NCBI GenBank assembly: GCA_964640255.1
Contig: CAZXEZ010000001.1
Location: 1-44,988 of the forward strand
Length of the DNA stretch: 44,988 bases
Reading direction: 5' to 3'
DNA from: an uncultured Methanosarcinales archaeon
GTDB lineage: Archaea > Nanobdellota > Nanobdellia > Woesearchaeales > ARS49
Shown: one piece after another, positions 9,175-16,937 of the stretch
How positions within the stretch are numbered: position 1 is the stretch's first letter
Layout: each line of letters begins with the position of its first letter
Notes under the pieces: model-generated
Databases searched by the model: none
The model's input: only the letters and a program-made list of their open reading frames with translations
What the model was told of the DNA's origin: nothing
Position numbers and translations under genes: made by a program

Positions 9175-9229
9175 TATGATGCGAAGTGATTGTATTCATT
9201 GTTAGTAGATGTAATTCTAATATTTTTTA
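9175..9229 (+). repeat. about 55-nt box, copy 2
   Basis: Same core TGATTGTATTCATTGT. Ends 1 nt before the truncated tRNA-His-like gene. Confidence 0.6.
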
Positions 9230-9230
9230 T

Positions 9231-9294
9231 GGCGGCAGTGGCGTAATGGCAGCGTACAGGACTGTGGCTCCTGTGGAGCGGGTTCGATTCCCAC
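9231..9294 (+). pseudogene. tRNA-His(GUG)-like gene lacking the 3' acceptor strand
   Basis: Has G-1, acceptor 5' strand GCGGCAG, D arm, a perfect anticodon stem CAGGA/TCCTG with loop CTGTGGC, and a TTCGATT T-loop. One mismatch in the T stem. No complement to the acceptor strand follows. Confidence 0.6.
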
Positions 9295-9413
9295 CTAACT
9301 TTGGAAAAGTTAGGATCAAAGGCGCTCCTTGTTCGAACTCAAGAAGCAACCTATATGATGTTTGCTCACGCAAACATGTATTTTACTCTTCTTTCGTTCT
9401 CACAATGTCACGC
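9295..9413 (+). repeat. 119-nt structured repeat, copy A
   Basis: Starts with hairpin CTAACTTT-GGA-AAAGTTAG and ends CACAATGTCACGC. Aligns along its full length with copies B and C. Confidence 0.8.
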
Positions 9414-9422
9414 AGTGACTAT

Positions 9423-9494
9423 GGCGGTAATGGTGTATTGGCAGCATATAAGACTGTGGATCTTATGGTGCGGGTTCGATTCCCGCTTGCCGCC
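9423..9494 (+). tRNA. tRNA-His (anticodon GUG) with encoded G-1
   Basis: Cloverleaf folded by hand. G-1 pairs with C73. Acceptor GCGGTAA/TTGCCGC, D stem GTGT/GCAT, anticodon stem TAAGA/TCTTA with loop CTGTGGA, T arm GCGGG-TTCGATT-CCCGC. No encoded CCA. Confidence 0.9.
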
Positions 9495-9613
9495 CTAACT
9501 TTAGAAAAGTTAGGATCAAAAGGCGCTCTTTGTTCAGGCTCCAGAAGCAATCCATCAGATGTTTTCTTCGAAAACATGGACTCAACTCTTCTCTCGCCTT
9601 CACAATGTCGCGC
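9495..9613 (+). repeat. 119-nt structured repeat, copy B
   Basis: Begins immediately after the tRNA-His discriminator base. Same architecture as copies A and C. Confidence 0.8.
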
Positions 9614-9626
9614 AAACGGTTCCGCC

Positions 9627-9658
9627 CTAACTTTAGAAAATGGAGAATCAAAGGGCGG
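9627..9658 (+). repeat. partial, degenerate 5' part of the 119-nt repeat
   Basis: CTAACTTTAGAAAATGGAGAATCAAAGGGCGG compared with CTAACTTTAGAAAAGTTAGGATCAAAAGGCGC. Preceded by GGTTCCGCC, which resembles a tRNA 3' remnant. Confidence 0.5.
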
Positions 9659-9673
9659 TATTTCTCAAAAAGA

Positions 9674-9681
9674 TTTATATA
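9674..9681 (+). promoter_or_regulatory. TATA box TTTATATA upstream of hisS
   Basis: 26 nt upstream of the ATG at 9707. An AGGTGA Shine-Dalgarno sequence lies at 9695..9700. Confidence 0.45.
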
Positions 9682-9706
9682 TACTAATGAATGCAGGTGA
9701 ATTAAA

Positions 9707-10966
9707 ATGAAATATCAAGCACCTAAAGGAATGGAAGATTATTATCCAGAAGAAGAAGCAGTAAAAAACAAGATCTTTCAGGTATTCAGGGATGTGGCTG
9801 TTAGATACGGCTTTCAGGAAGTCAGCAACCCTGCGATGGAGTCTTTCAAGCTATTGTCTGCTAAATCCGGGGAAGAGATAAAACAACAGATATTCATGAT
9901 AGAGAAAAGAGGCTCTGAAGACCTGGGCCTGAGATTTGACTTGACAGTGCCAATAACAAGATTATTCGTCACAAAACAGAGAGAGCTCACAAAACCAGTG
10001 AAATGGTTCTCAATCGGAAAGATGTGGAGGTATGAAGCTCCGCAAAAAGGGAGATTAAGAGAGTTTAGCCAATTAAGTATAGAGATGTTTGGCTCTGACA
10101 AGCCAGAGGCAGATGCTGAATTGCTTAATATGATAATCGACATAATGAAAGGGCTAGGTCTTACTGACAAAGATTTCTTTATCAAGATGAATAACAGGAA
10201 ATTACTAGAAGGAATACTTCTTACTGCAATCAAAAAAGAGCAGTTAGAGGCTGTCACACGTGTTATTGACAAGTCCAAGAAGCTGACAGATGCTGAATTT
10301 GAGCAGGAATTGCTTGATCTGGGCCTGGATAACTTTAAAATCGAGAGAATAAGGCATGCAATACAATTCAACGGCAATCCAAGCAAGGTCTTGAAAGAAA
10401 TCAGAGAGCATTTTGCAGACATTCCAGAGGAAACAAAAGCAGGAATAACTGAGATGGAGAACATCTGCAAACTAGTTGATGAAAGATACATCGTGCTAGA
10501 CCTGTCTGTTGCTAGAGGTTTGGCATATTATACAGGAACAGTGTTTGAGGTGTTTGACAAGCAAGAGAAGTTCAGGAGCATGGCAGGCGGCGGAAGATAT
10601 GACAACATGGTAAAATTATTCGGTGGAGAGAACTGCCCTGCAACAGGCTTTGCAATAGGGGAAGCTGTGACAACACTTGTTTTGCAGGACTGCAATAAAT
10701 TGCCAAAACCAGAACTGGGGCCTGAATATTTTGTTGCTGTTGTGAGCGAAGATGTAAAAGAAGATGCAATAAAATTAGCACAGAAACTAAGGAAGAAATA
10801 TAGAGTAGATATTGACTTGATGGGCAGGAAACTGAAGAAACAGTTTGAGTATGCCAATAGTATTGGTGCAAAAAAAGTGATTGTTGTGGGTCCTGATGAA
10901 GTCAAGGCAAAAGAATTCACTGTAAAAGACATGAAGACAGGGAAGGAAGAGAAAAAGAAGTTCTAG
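9707..10966 (+). CDS. hisS: histidine--tRNA ligase
   Basis: N-terminal APKGMEDYYP, class II motif 2 WRYEAPQKGRLREFSQ and GGGRYD motif 3 region, plus a C-terminal anticodon-binding domain. Confidence 0.95.
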   Translation: MKYQAPKGMEDYYPEEEAVKNKIFQVFRDVAVRYGFQEVSNPAMESFKLLSAKSGEEIKQQIFMIEKRGSEDLGLRFDLTVPITRLFVTKQRELTKPVKWFSIGKMWRYEAPQKGRLREFSQLSIEMFGSDKPEADAELLNMIIDIMKGLGLTDKDFFIKMNNRKLLEGILLTAIKKEQLEAVTRVIDKSKKLTDAEFEQELLDLGLDNFKIERIRHAIQFNGNPSKVLKEIREHFADIPEETKAGITEMENICKLVDERYIVLDLSVARGLAYYTGTVFEVFDKQEKFRSMAGGGRYDNMVKLFGGENCPATGFAIGEAVTTLVLQDCNKLPKPELGPEYFVAVVSEDVKEDAIKLAQKLRKKYRVDIDLMGRKLKKQFEYANSIGAKKVIVVGPDEVKAKEFTVKDMKTGKEEKKKF

Positions 10967-11009
10967 AGTAAAGAAAAGCTTAAATATTCCTTATGTATTC
11001 TACTAAAAT

Positions 11010-11378
11010 ATGGATGGTGGTACAGGAACTGGCAGTACAGAAGATAAACTAGCTGTAGTCACACTTAGAGAATATATTTTACATGGCGAAGAATTATGCA
11101 GATTGCCAGATAGAGGACTACATCAAAATCAGAATCCTATTTTTTTCAGGGCAGATTTTTTAGAAGGCAAACTAGAGCGGTATGAAGGAACATGGGTAGC
11201 GTATCAAAAAGGAATTCTTTGCGGACAGAGCGCAGATGGAAAGAAATTGCGCCATGAAGCTACTTGTCATTACGGCGGTTCAGGACTGACAGTATTCCCT
11301 GTGCCTGCCACAAAGGGCGCTACGATAGATGACATCAATGCAAAAATAGATGAAGCTGTTGAAAAAGCATTACAATAA
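11010..11378 (+). CDS. hypothetical protein (possibly DUF5678-like)
   Basis: 122-aa ORF with a TTAAATA box about 25 nt upstream. YEGTWVAYQKGILCG resembles the y.GkWVAi..g.vv motif, but only weakly. Confidence 0.45.
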   Translation: MDGGTGTGSTEDKLAVVTLREYILHGEELCRLPDRGLHQNQNPIFFRADFLEGKLERYEGTWVAYQKGILCGQSADGKKLRHEATCHYGGSGLTVFPVPATKGATIDDINAKIDEAVEKALQ

Positions 11379-11411
11379 GTTTTTAAAACAAATATACTTC
11401 TTTGAGAAAAC

Positions 11412-12284
11412 ATGTGGGATATACTTGCGAGAACATCATTCATAGCAATACTTGCAAGGTATGGCCAGGATGGGATGACGCTACAGGAAATCATAGAAAA
11501 GGACCAAGAGATATTTCATTTTGATATGGAACATGTTTTTTCTGAAAAAGAGCCATCCTTGGTATTTCCTAGTTGTGTTGTAAAAAAAGTAGAAAAATAC
11601 TTTCTAAAGCCAGGAACTGCAGGGAGAGAATGGGCAGAGAGAACAATACAAAACGCATTAGAAGGCAAAGTTGCAGATAGCTATGATCCAAGAGTGATTG
11701 TCGGTGATTGGGGAGAATCAATAGTGAGAAATGCTTTTGATTTGAGAGAGACAGAAGACGATGATATGCCTGATCTAGTATCAAAAGATGGTTCTCTTTA
11801 TGTTGAGGTAAAGACAACTGCATTCAATAATGGAGGAGTCATAAAAGGGAGGCAGTTGACAAGGTTTGACGAAATAATCAATACAAGAAGATTTTATGCT
11901 TTTGTTTTTCATTCCCTAACAGGAAACATGGGTAGAACATACCCAAATGAGGAAAGATTGTATGCTGCACTTTCCCTAAAATCAATTTATCTGCTGCCGT
12001 TCAGTATTGTAGAAGCACATTTTCATAACACCAAGAAAAAACCATATCCTGACGGAGATGTGTTTGTGCAGTTAAATGAAAAACAGGCAGAACACATCTT
12101 TTCAGGAGACTATGGAATCTGGAAAGTAAGCCTTAATCTCTCTCCAACAGCATACTCTAGAAAAGAACTTCATGAACGCGTAACTCTTGTGACAAGAAAT
12201 GCCATGCTAGAAGACAGAATCACAAAAGCATTCAAGCCTGAGGTGATTGAGGCTGCCTGCAGATCTCCTGCAGATGAGGAATGA
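11412..12284 (+). CDS. wHTH plus PD-(D/E)XK nuclease-fold protein
   Basis: N-terminal ILARYGQDGMTLQEII looks winged-helix-like. GDWGESIV...MPDLVSKDGSLYVEVKT fits the E...PD...(D/E)xK catalytic pattern. Confidence 0.55.
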   Translation: MWDILARTSFIAILARYGQDGMTLQEIIEKDQEIFHFDMEHVFSEKEPSLVFPSCVVKKVEKYFLKPGTAGREWAERTIQNALEGKVADSYDPRVIVGDWGESIVRNAFDLRETEDDDMPDLVSKDGSLYVEVKTTAFNNGGVIKGRQLTRFDEIINTRRFYAFVFHSLTGNMGRTYPNEERLYAALSLKSIYLLPFSIVEAHFHNTKKKPYPDGDVFVQLNEKQAEHIFSGDYGIWKVSLNLSPTAYSRKELHERVTLVTRNAMLEDRITKAFKPEVIEAACRSPADEE

Positions 12285-14079
12285 GCATCCTGCTCCAGGT
12301 CTCATATTTCTCAGAATACTCTGGATCCTGCATCAGTTCTTCAATAGGGATCATTTTTCCTGAAATAATAGAATCCTCTTTTGGTTCAACTGTCCCATCA
12401 ACGTGAATTGCATAAACAAGGCCAAAATGAACCCTGTCAACAGGCTTGTCATAAGCCATTAATGTCCCAACCAACTGCGGTTCTGTATATGTTCCAGGCA
12501 CATCCATTATTCCTTTCTTAACTATCTTGGTCTCTTCTCTCATCACCTCTCTTTCCAGGCCATTCCTTATGTAATCTTTTGGACCGTCTTTTTTTGTTAT
12601 GTGGCCGCCAACACCAATAGAGTGCTTTCCAAACAGTCTTTTCTCCCCAAAATTCTCAATATCTGCAGCCCTGACATATGTAAAAACAGTTTCATCAGGA
12701 CCAAACATTACAACATAGGGAATAACTTGAAGCACTAATGTATCTTCTTCACAATCATAGCGGTTATGAAAGAATCCGTTTTCAGCATCCCTGAATAATG
12801 CCTCTGCTTTTTCAAGCGTCATTAATTCAAAACCGTCTTTTGTCTCTCTATGCGCATTCAGGACGTTAGCATCCTGCACCAAGACATCCTTGTTAAGCCT
12901 GTGATAATTCCTTGCAGCATGGCCAAAATCAAAAGCATTGAAAAATTTTGCTGGCTTAGGGCCAACCTGGTCAAAATAATTTGAGCCAATTTCATTACCG
13001 TATAATTTGTCAGGCACAGGTGTCCTGAAAACATCTAATTTGCTTACAGGCAGGCCATCCTGCAATTCAATATCCGACAATTCATTAGAGCGAATCTCAA
13101 AAACCAAATTACCCTGAAAGCCGTTGTCAATAAAGCCGGCAAAGTGCATAGGGCCCCTGAACCCTATTTTTGAGTGTGTCCTTAATTCCATGTTCAGGTG
13201 CGCAGGCACTTTCAGCAATTCTTTGGAAGACAGAAGATAGTAATTGACCCTCTTGACAGTCATCCGCCCGTTTCCTGTTATCGGCTCAAAAAAATCCTCT
13301 GCTTTATAGTGCTTTATTTTCTTGACATCAATTGGCTCTGGATTTTTTCTTGCCCTCAAGCCAATGATGCCCTCTGTCCTATCCCCTGATAAGTCAAGAC
13401 GCGCCAAAAGACCATCTGTAACAAAAGCATCTGGAGGCAATGGTTTTCCTGACCTGTCAAACAACATAGGATTTTTCTTTAATTCTTCCATTAATTCGGC
13501 ATTTGTCAAACGTGCATCAAATCCCTTGAAGAATTTCAATTGATTCAGGGAAATTCCTGCATAAAGGATCATATTAAATGCCTGCGGCTGCAATAATAAC
13601 CACAGATCCAACTCCCTGTCTGGCCCTGCTGTGGGCAGTATCTCATCAAAACTAGGACTAAGATCACCTAATAATCTTGTGTCAAGAAAAGTCCTGCCAA
13701 AAGTGCTCTTAGGAGAAGATTCAATATGTTCATCTTCAGCAAGCCTTATTTTTTCTTCTAGAGGCACTATGTAGGTGTAGCCGATCTTAAATTCATGCCC
13801 TTGGCTTATGTCAACCTTTCTTCTCTGTCTCTTAGGCAGTCTCAAGAGTGCTTGATAGATTGTTTCATTCCTGTCAGGGCGAAACAAGCCGTGTTTCTCA
13901 GTATCAAGAACAAAGGCCTCTTCTCTTAATGTTGGCTCAAAAGAAGAGGGCTGTATCTGCCCTTCATCAAAGATAGTTGCACCAATATTTATCTTTCCAG
14001 ACTTAATAGCTTCCCTAATCTGCTGAGAAGCAAAACAGTAGCTCAATAAACCCACCATAACCTTGAGAATGGTATGCAC
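12232..14079 (-). CDS. dCTP deaminase (DCD family, dUTPase fold) fused to a YmaB-like Nudix/MutT phosphoesterase domain
   Basis: The N-terminal roughly 360 aa match the PF06559-type pattern (IREAI..G.I, IQPSSFEP, YIVPLEE, SPKSTFGR, HFAGFIDNGF, VFEIR). The C-terminal roughly 190 aa match COG4112/YmaB (VIPYVVMF, GEKRLFGKHSIGVGGHI, LEREVMREE, VHFGLVY). The alternative start ATG at 14058 gives MVGLLS. Confidence 0.65.
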   Translation of the reverse strand: MHTILKVMVGLLSYCFASQQIREAIKSGKINIGATIFDEGQIQPSSFEPTLREEAFVLDTEKHGLFRPDRNETIYQALLRLPKRQRRKVDISQGHEFKIGYTYIVPLEEKIRLAEDEHIESSPKSTFGRTFLDTRLLGDLSPSFDEILPTAGPDRELDLWLLLQPQAFNMILYAGISLNQLKFFKGFDARLTNAELMEELKKNPMLFDRSGKPLPPDAFVTDGLLARLDLSGDRTEGIIGLRARKNPEPIDVKKIKHYKAEDFFEPITGNGRMTVKRVNYYLLSSKELLKVPAHLNMELRTHSKIGFRGPMHFAGFIDNGFQGNLVFEIRSNELSDIELQDGLPVSKLDVFRTPVPDKLYGNEIGSNYFDQVGPKPAKFFNAFDFGHAARNYHRLNKDVLVQDANVLNAHRETKDGFELMTLEKAEALFRDAENGFFHNRYDCEEDTLVLQVIPYVVMFGPDETVFTYVRAADIENFGEKRLFGKHSIGVGGHITKKDGPKDYIRNGLEREVMREETKIVKKGIMDVPGTYTEPQLVGTLMAYDKPVDRVHFGLVYAIHVDGTVEPKEDSIISGKMIPIEELMQDPEYSEKYETWSRMLIPHLQEICRQPQSPQA

Positions 14080-14152
14080 ATATATAAGATTTTTTGAAAA
14101 AGCGATGAATTTATAAATGAAGGAATACTAGACAGGTGTGTAAATAATTGGG

Positions 14153-14401
14153 GTGAAGAGCTTGGCAAAAAAACAAAAAAGCAAATTAATGTATGCAATC
14201 ACCGCGATAGTTGCTGTAATAATCATAATAGCAGCAGTGGGTTATTTCAAGATAACAGGAAGCCCTACTGTAGAGGCATTCTTGAATGTTTACAAAGGAG
14301 ATGTGCAGGTAGACCATGGACAGGGCTGGGCAGGTGCCACAGACGGCATGGATCTTGCTTTTGACCACAAACAGATGCTAAAAGATGAAGGATTGATATG
14401 A
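14153..14401 (+). CDS. small membrane-anchored protein
   Basis: 82-aa ORF with GTG start (or the ATG at codon 13) and one TM helix, AITAIVAVIIIIAAVGYF. Confidence 0.5.
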   Translation: MKSLAKKQKSKLMYAITAIVAVIIIIAAVGYFKITGSPTVEAFLNVYKGDVQVDHGQGWAGATDGMDLAFDHKQMLKDEGLI

Positions 14402-14442
14402 TACTTATATTTTTCAGTCTACAAAACTTTAAATATTCCTGA

Positions 14443-15033
14443 ATGCTGCTTAAGATTATGCCTATATTTCATGATCCAGAAAGCGAATTACTTGCAGAAT
14501 TGCGAGAAAAAGTTCTAAAAGATGGAGTGCCTTATGAAAAAACAGATTTATCAAAGATCTTGCAGAAAACAGGGTATGAAGGCTGTCCGCCTCTTTTGAT
14601 TGGAGAATACCGCCCTTTTGAGGACGTAAGTGTTGAAGTTGTCATGGCAATGAAGGGCTCTAGAACTGCCATTATTCTTATACCTAACAAAGGATGGTCT
14701 CCACTAGGTGATTTTAACAATGAAACAGGAAAATATCATAAAGCTTATTTTTTACACACAGATGGTAAACTAGTAGAAGAAGCAGACGGGCGTATTTATA
14801 ATGAATTCAATACGCTTAAAAATGCAAGAGATGCAGCAGGACTAGAGACAAGAGTAGAAGAAATAACAGCAGAAGAATTTGCAGAAATGATGGTAGGAAC
14901 AATGCGGAGAGAGCATCCATTGATAGTTGAGAGTGTTACTGCGGCATCTAAGAATACAGTTAACCGACACAAGCCTCCTTGGTATACAAGAGCTTATCGC
15001 GCATTAAAAAGAGTGTTTAAGAAGGGTCAATAA
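14443..15033 (+). CDS. hypothetical protein
   Basis: 196-aa ORF with a TTTAAATA box about 15-20 nt upstream. No family recognised. Confidence 0.55.
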   Translation: MLLKIMPIFHDPESELLAELREKVLKDGVPYEKTDLSKILQKTGYEGCPPLLIGEYRPFEDVSVEVVMAMKGSRTAIILIPNKGWSPLGDFNNETGKYHKAYFLHTDGKLVEEADGRIYNEFNTLKNARDAAGLETRVEEITAEEFAEMMVGTMRREHPLIVESVTAASKNTVNRHKPPWYTRAYRALKRVFKKGQ

Positions 15034-16237
15034 CCCTTCCTAAAAACAAGATATTTCCACTATTTCTCTCCTGAATCAAGAAAATGAATGGGTGGTCTGC
15101 ACGGAAAGTCTTGGTCATCGGCATTGCAGACAGCGTCATGTCCACTCCTGTTGCAGCAGCTGCCTCTGTGCCTTCTTCATTCACCTCAACAAAAGCCTGA
15201 TGAACAACTATGCCTATAAAGAGTTCTTTTTTGCCATTCATTCCAGAGAAATCAGCACCCATTGAGAATGCTGTAGGCATACCCATGTTTGCTAAAATGT
15301 CTGAAAGAGAATACTTTGTCTCAAAAGTGAACTTAGGGATGTAGACATCCAAAGTTTCATGCCTTAAAGCGCCTCTCCACGCCCCAAGATCGTCTGCGCT
15401 TATTGTTCTTTCAAGTTCTGTCAAATCATTATCTTTAGGAAGCAGGACTAAAATAGACAGCTCTTCACCGTCATAAGGCATCTCTAGAATCTGCATTTTA
15501 TCGTCTTCATAATAATTGAATTCTTCCTCATGCATGCTCATCATAGGAACCTGAATTGTTTTTTCAGGGTTAATCCTAAAATCAGCATCAAAAGTGTCGC
15601 TTTTCTCAAACTGCTTTAACCAAGTCCCCTTGAAATAAATTGCATTAGTAAGCACTAGCCTTGTCATGTCAGTCAAAACACCCTTTTCAAAAAGGTTTTT
15701 TATCTTATCATTAGTGTGATCCTCAACCCAATCATTGATTGCTGTTCTTGCCTGCTCTGTATTGCCGATAAAATCAACATTAGTTGCTTTTCCAGCATAA
15801 TATTTTTCCACAAGATTTAGGTATTCCGGCAAAAATGGATAATCTTTCTGCGCCCACAGAGCATTTGCAGTGAATAATTGATATTTCTTGTCTTTCTTGT
15901 TGATATCATTGAACAATTTTGCAAAAGAAGAGTGTCTTACTTCTGCATCAGGGAGGTGCATTGCATTCTTCATCTCGTCAGCTGTCTGACCCCTGGCGCC
16001 TTCATAAGTCATTGACAAGGCACTAGCCAAGCTCCAGGGAGATATGAAAACATTGCCTGGCTCTTGGCTTACTGCAGAATAAATATCCAAGCCAAACTGG
16101 TTGTTTGCCTTTACAAGCTCATTGATACCTTCTTCAGTTGTGCCAGTATCGTCTGTTATTGGAATCTCAATCTGGGGCGCGCACCCAAGCAAAAGCATGC
16201 TTAAGATGAGCAATGGAACAATGATTTTTGATTTCAT
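15017..16237 (-). CDS. serpin-family protease inhibitor, secreted/lipid-anchored
   Basis: SPWSLASALSMTYEGARGQTADEM and the C-terminal FRADHPFIFLIQERNSGNILFLGRVIDPS serpin signature. Signal peptide with LLLGC. Confidence 0.9.
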   Translation of the reverse strand: MKSKIIVPLLILSMLLLGCAPQIEIPITDDTGTTEEGINELVKANNQFGLDIYSAVSQEPGNVFISPWSLASALSMTYEGARGQTADEMKNAMHLPDAEVRHSSFAKLFNDINKKDKKYQLFTANALWAQKDYPFLPEYLNLVEKYYAGKATNVDFIGNTEQARTAINDWVEDHTNDKIKNLFEKGVLTDMTRLVLTNAIYFKGTWLKQFEKSDTFDADFRINPEKTIQVPMMSMHEEEFNYYEDDKMQILEMPYDGEELSILVLLPKDNDLTELERTISADDLGAWRGALRHETLDVYIPKFTFETKYSLSDILANMGMPTAFSMGADFSGMNGKKELFIGIVVHQAFVEVNEEGTEAAAATGVDMTLSAMPMTKTFRADHPFIFLIQERNSGNILFLGRVIDPS

Positions 16238-16352
16238 AATAACAAGAAAGACAGTTATTTATAAATATATGCCGATTTAGTAAGGTAAAAAGCTAAAAAT
16301 AATATTAATAAAAGAAAAAAAAAGTTTCTAACTTGCTCTGCTTTCCATAGAA

Positions 16353-16619
16353 TCAGAATCTGTCTCTTCTTGGCCTTCTATTCTTATAGCATTCCTGGCA
16401 ATAAACAGGCCTGTCGCCGCTTGGCTTGAACGGAACCTTGCATTTCTTGCCGCATTCTGCACATGTTGCTTCAAATTCTTCACGTGGTCCGCGATCTCCT
16501 CGAAAGCCTCCTCTGCTCCCTCCGCTAAATCCGCCTTCGCGCTTTTTACCAAATCCGCCTTCACGCTTTCTGCCAAATCCGCCTTCGCGCTTTCCGCGAA
16601 AGCCACCATCTTCTCTCAT
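16353..16619 (-). CDS. RGG/RKRE-repeat protein with C-terminal CxxC-x17-CxxC zinc ribbon
   Basis: GGFGRKRE units followed by CAECGKKCKVPFKPSGDRPVYCQECY. Preferred over the overlapping alternative-frame ORF 16328..16609. Confidence 0.75.
   Translation of the reverse strand: MREDGGFRGKREGGFGRKREGGFGKKREGGFSGGSRGGFRGDRGPREEFEATCAECGKKCKVPFKPSGDRPVYCQECYKNRRPRRDRF
16527..16598. repeat. 3 x 24-nt tandem coding repeat
   Basis: AAATCCGCCTTCGCGCTTTTTACC / ...CACGCTTTCTGCC / ...CGCGCTTTCCGCG. Encodes the GGFG(R/K)KRE units. Confidence 0.85.
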
Positions 16620-16937
16620 GTTCTTTCCTCCGATGTATAAGAAACCTTAAGTCTCCTATATCTGACACTCTAAGAAACGATAGGGGTTTATAAACATTAG
16701 CTTTTTTGGCACATATGAACCAGTAATCAGGAAATCAGGAATAATTAAGGAAAACAGTTGCTATCTAGAGCAAGAATTAAAAATGTCACCCTGTAGTAGT
16801 TAGAACCGAAAGCTTTATAAAGGGGTATTGATTATTACTATTCATAGAGCATTACTATTGACGAGAGAGCACTTGCTCATTACATGAACATTTCGCTTTT
16901 TCTGAGAAGTGCTAAATATTGAACGAGGTATGAAATA

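Noticed and set aside
9006-9229. C/D-box sRNA interpretation of the 55-nt boxes.
   Set aside because: One copy has an ATGATGC C-like box but no CTGA D box. The other has CTGA but a poor C box. No consistent C/D'/C'/D layout is present.
9495-9613. H/ACA guide RNA interpretation of the 119-nt repeat (an ACA follows the outer helix).
   Set aside because: The internal loop is about 16 nt on the 5' side and only about 1 nt on the 3' side. The ACA-to-upper-stem spacing is about 8 nt rather than the 14-15 nt expected.
9186-9710. 174-aa ORF, plus ORFs 9017..9205, 9301..9498 and 9463..9651.
   Set aside because: They span a tRNA-His gene, a tRNA-like pseudogene and the 119-nt repeats. The apparent protein similarity to ORF 31636..31920 is just the translated repeat.
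16328-16609. Alternative-frame 93-aa ORF with KADLAES repeats.
   Set aside because: It is the same tandem DNA repeat read in another frame. The 16353..16619 frame ends in a well-formed CxxC-x17-CxxC zinc ribbon.
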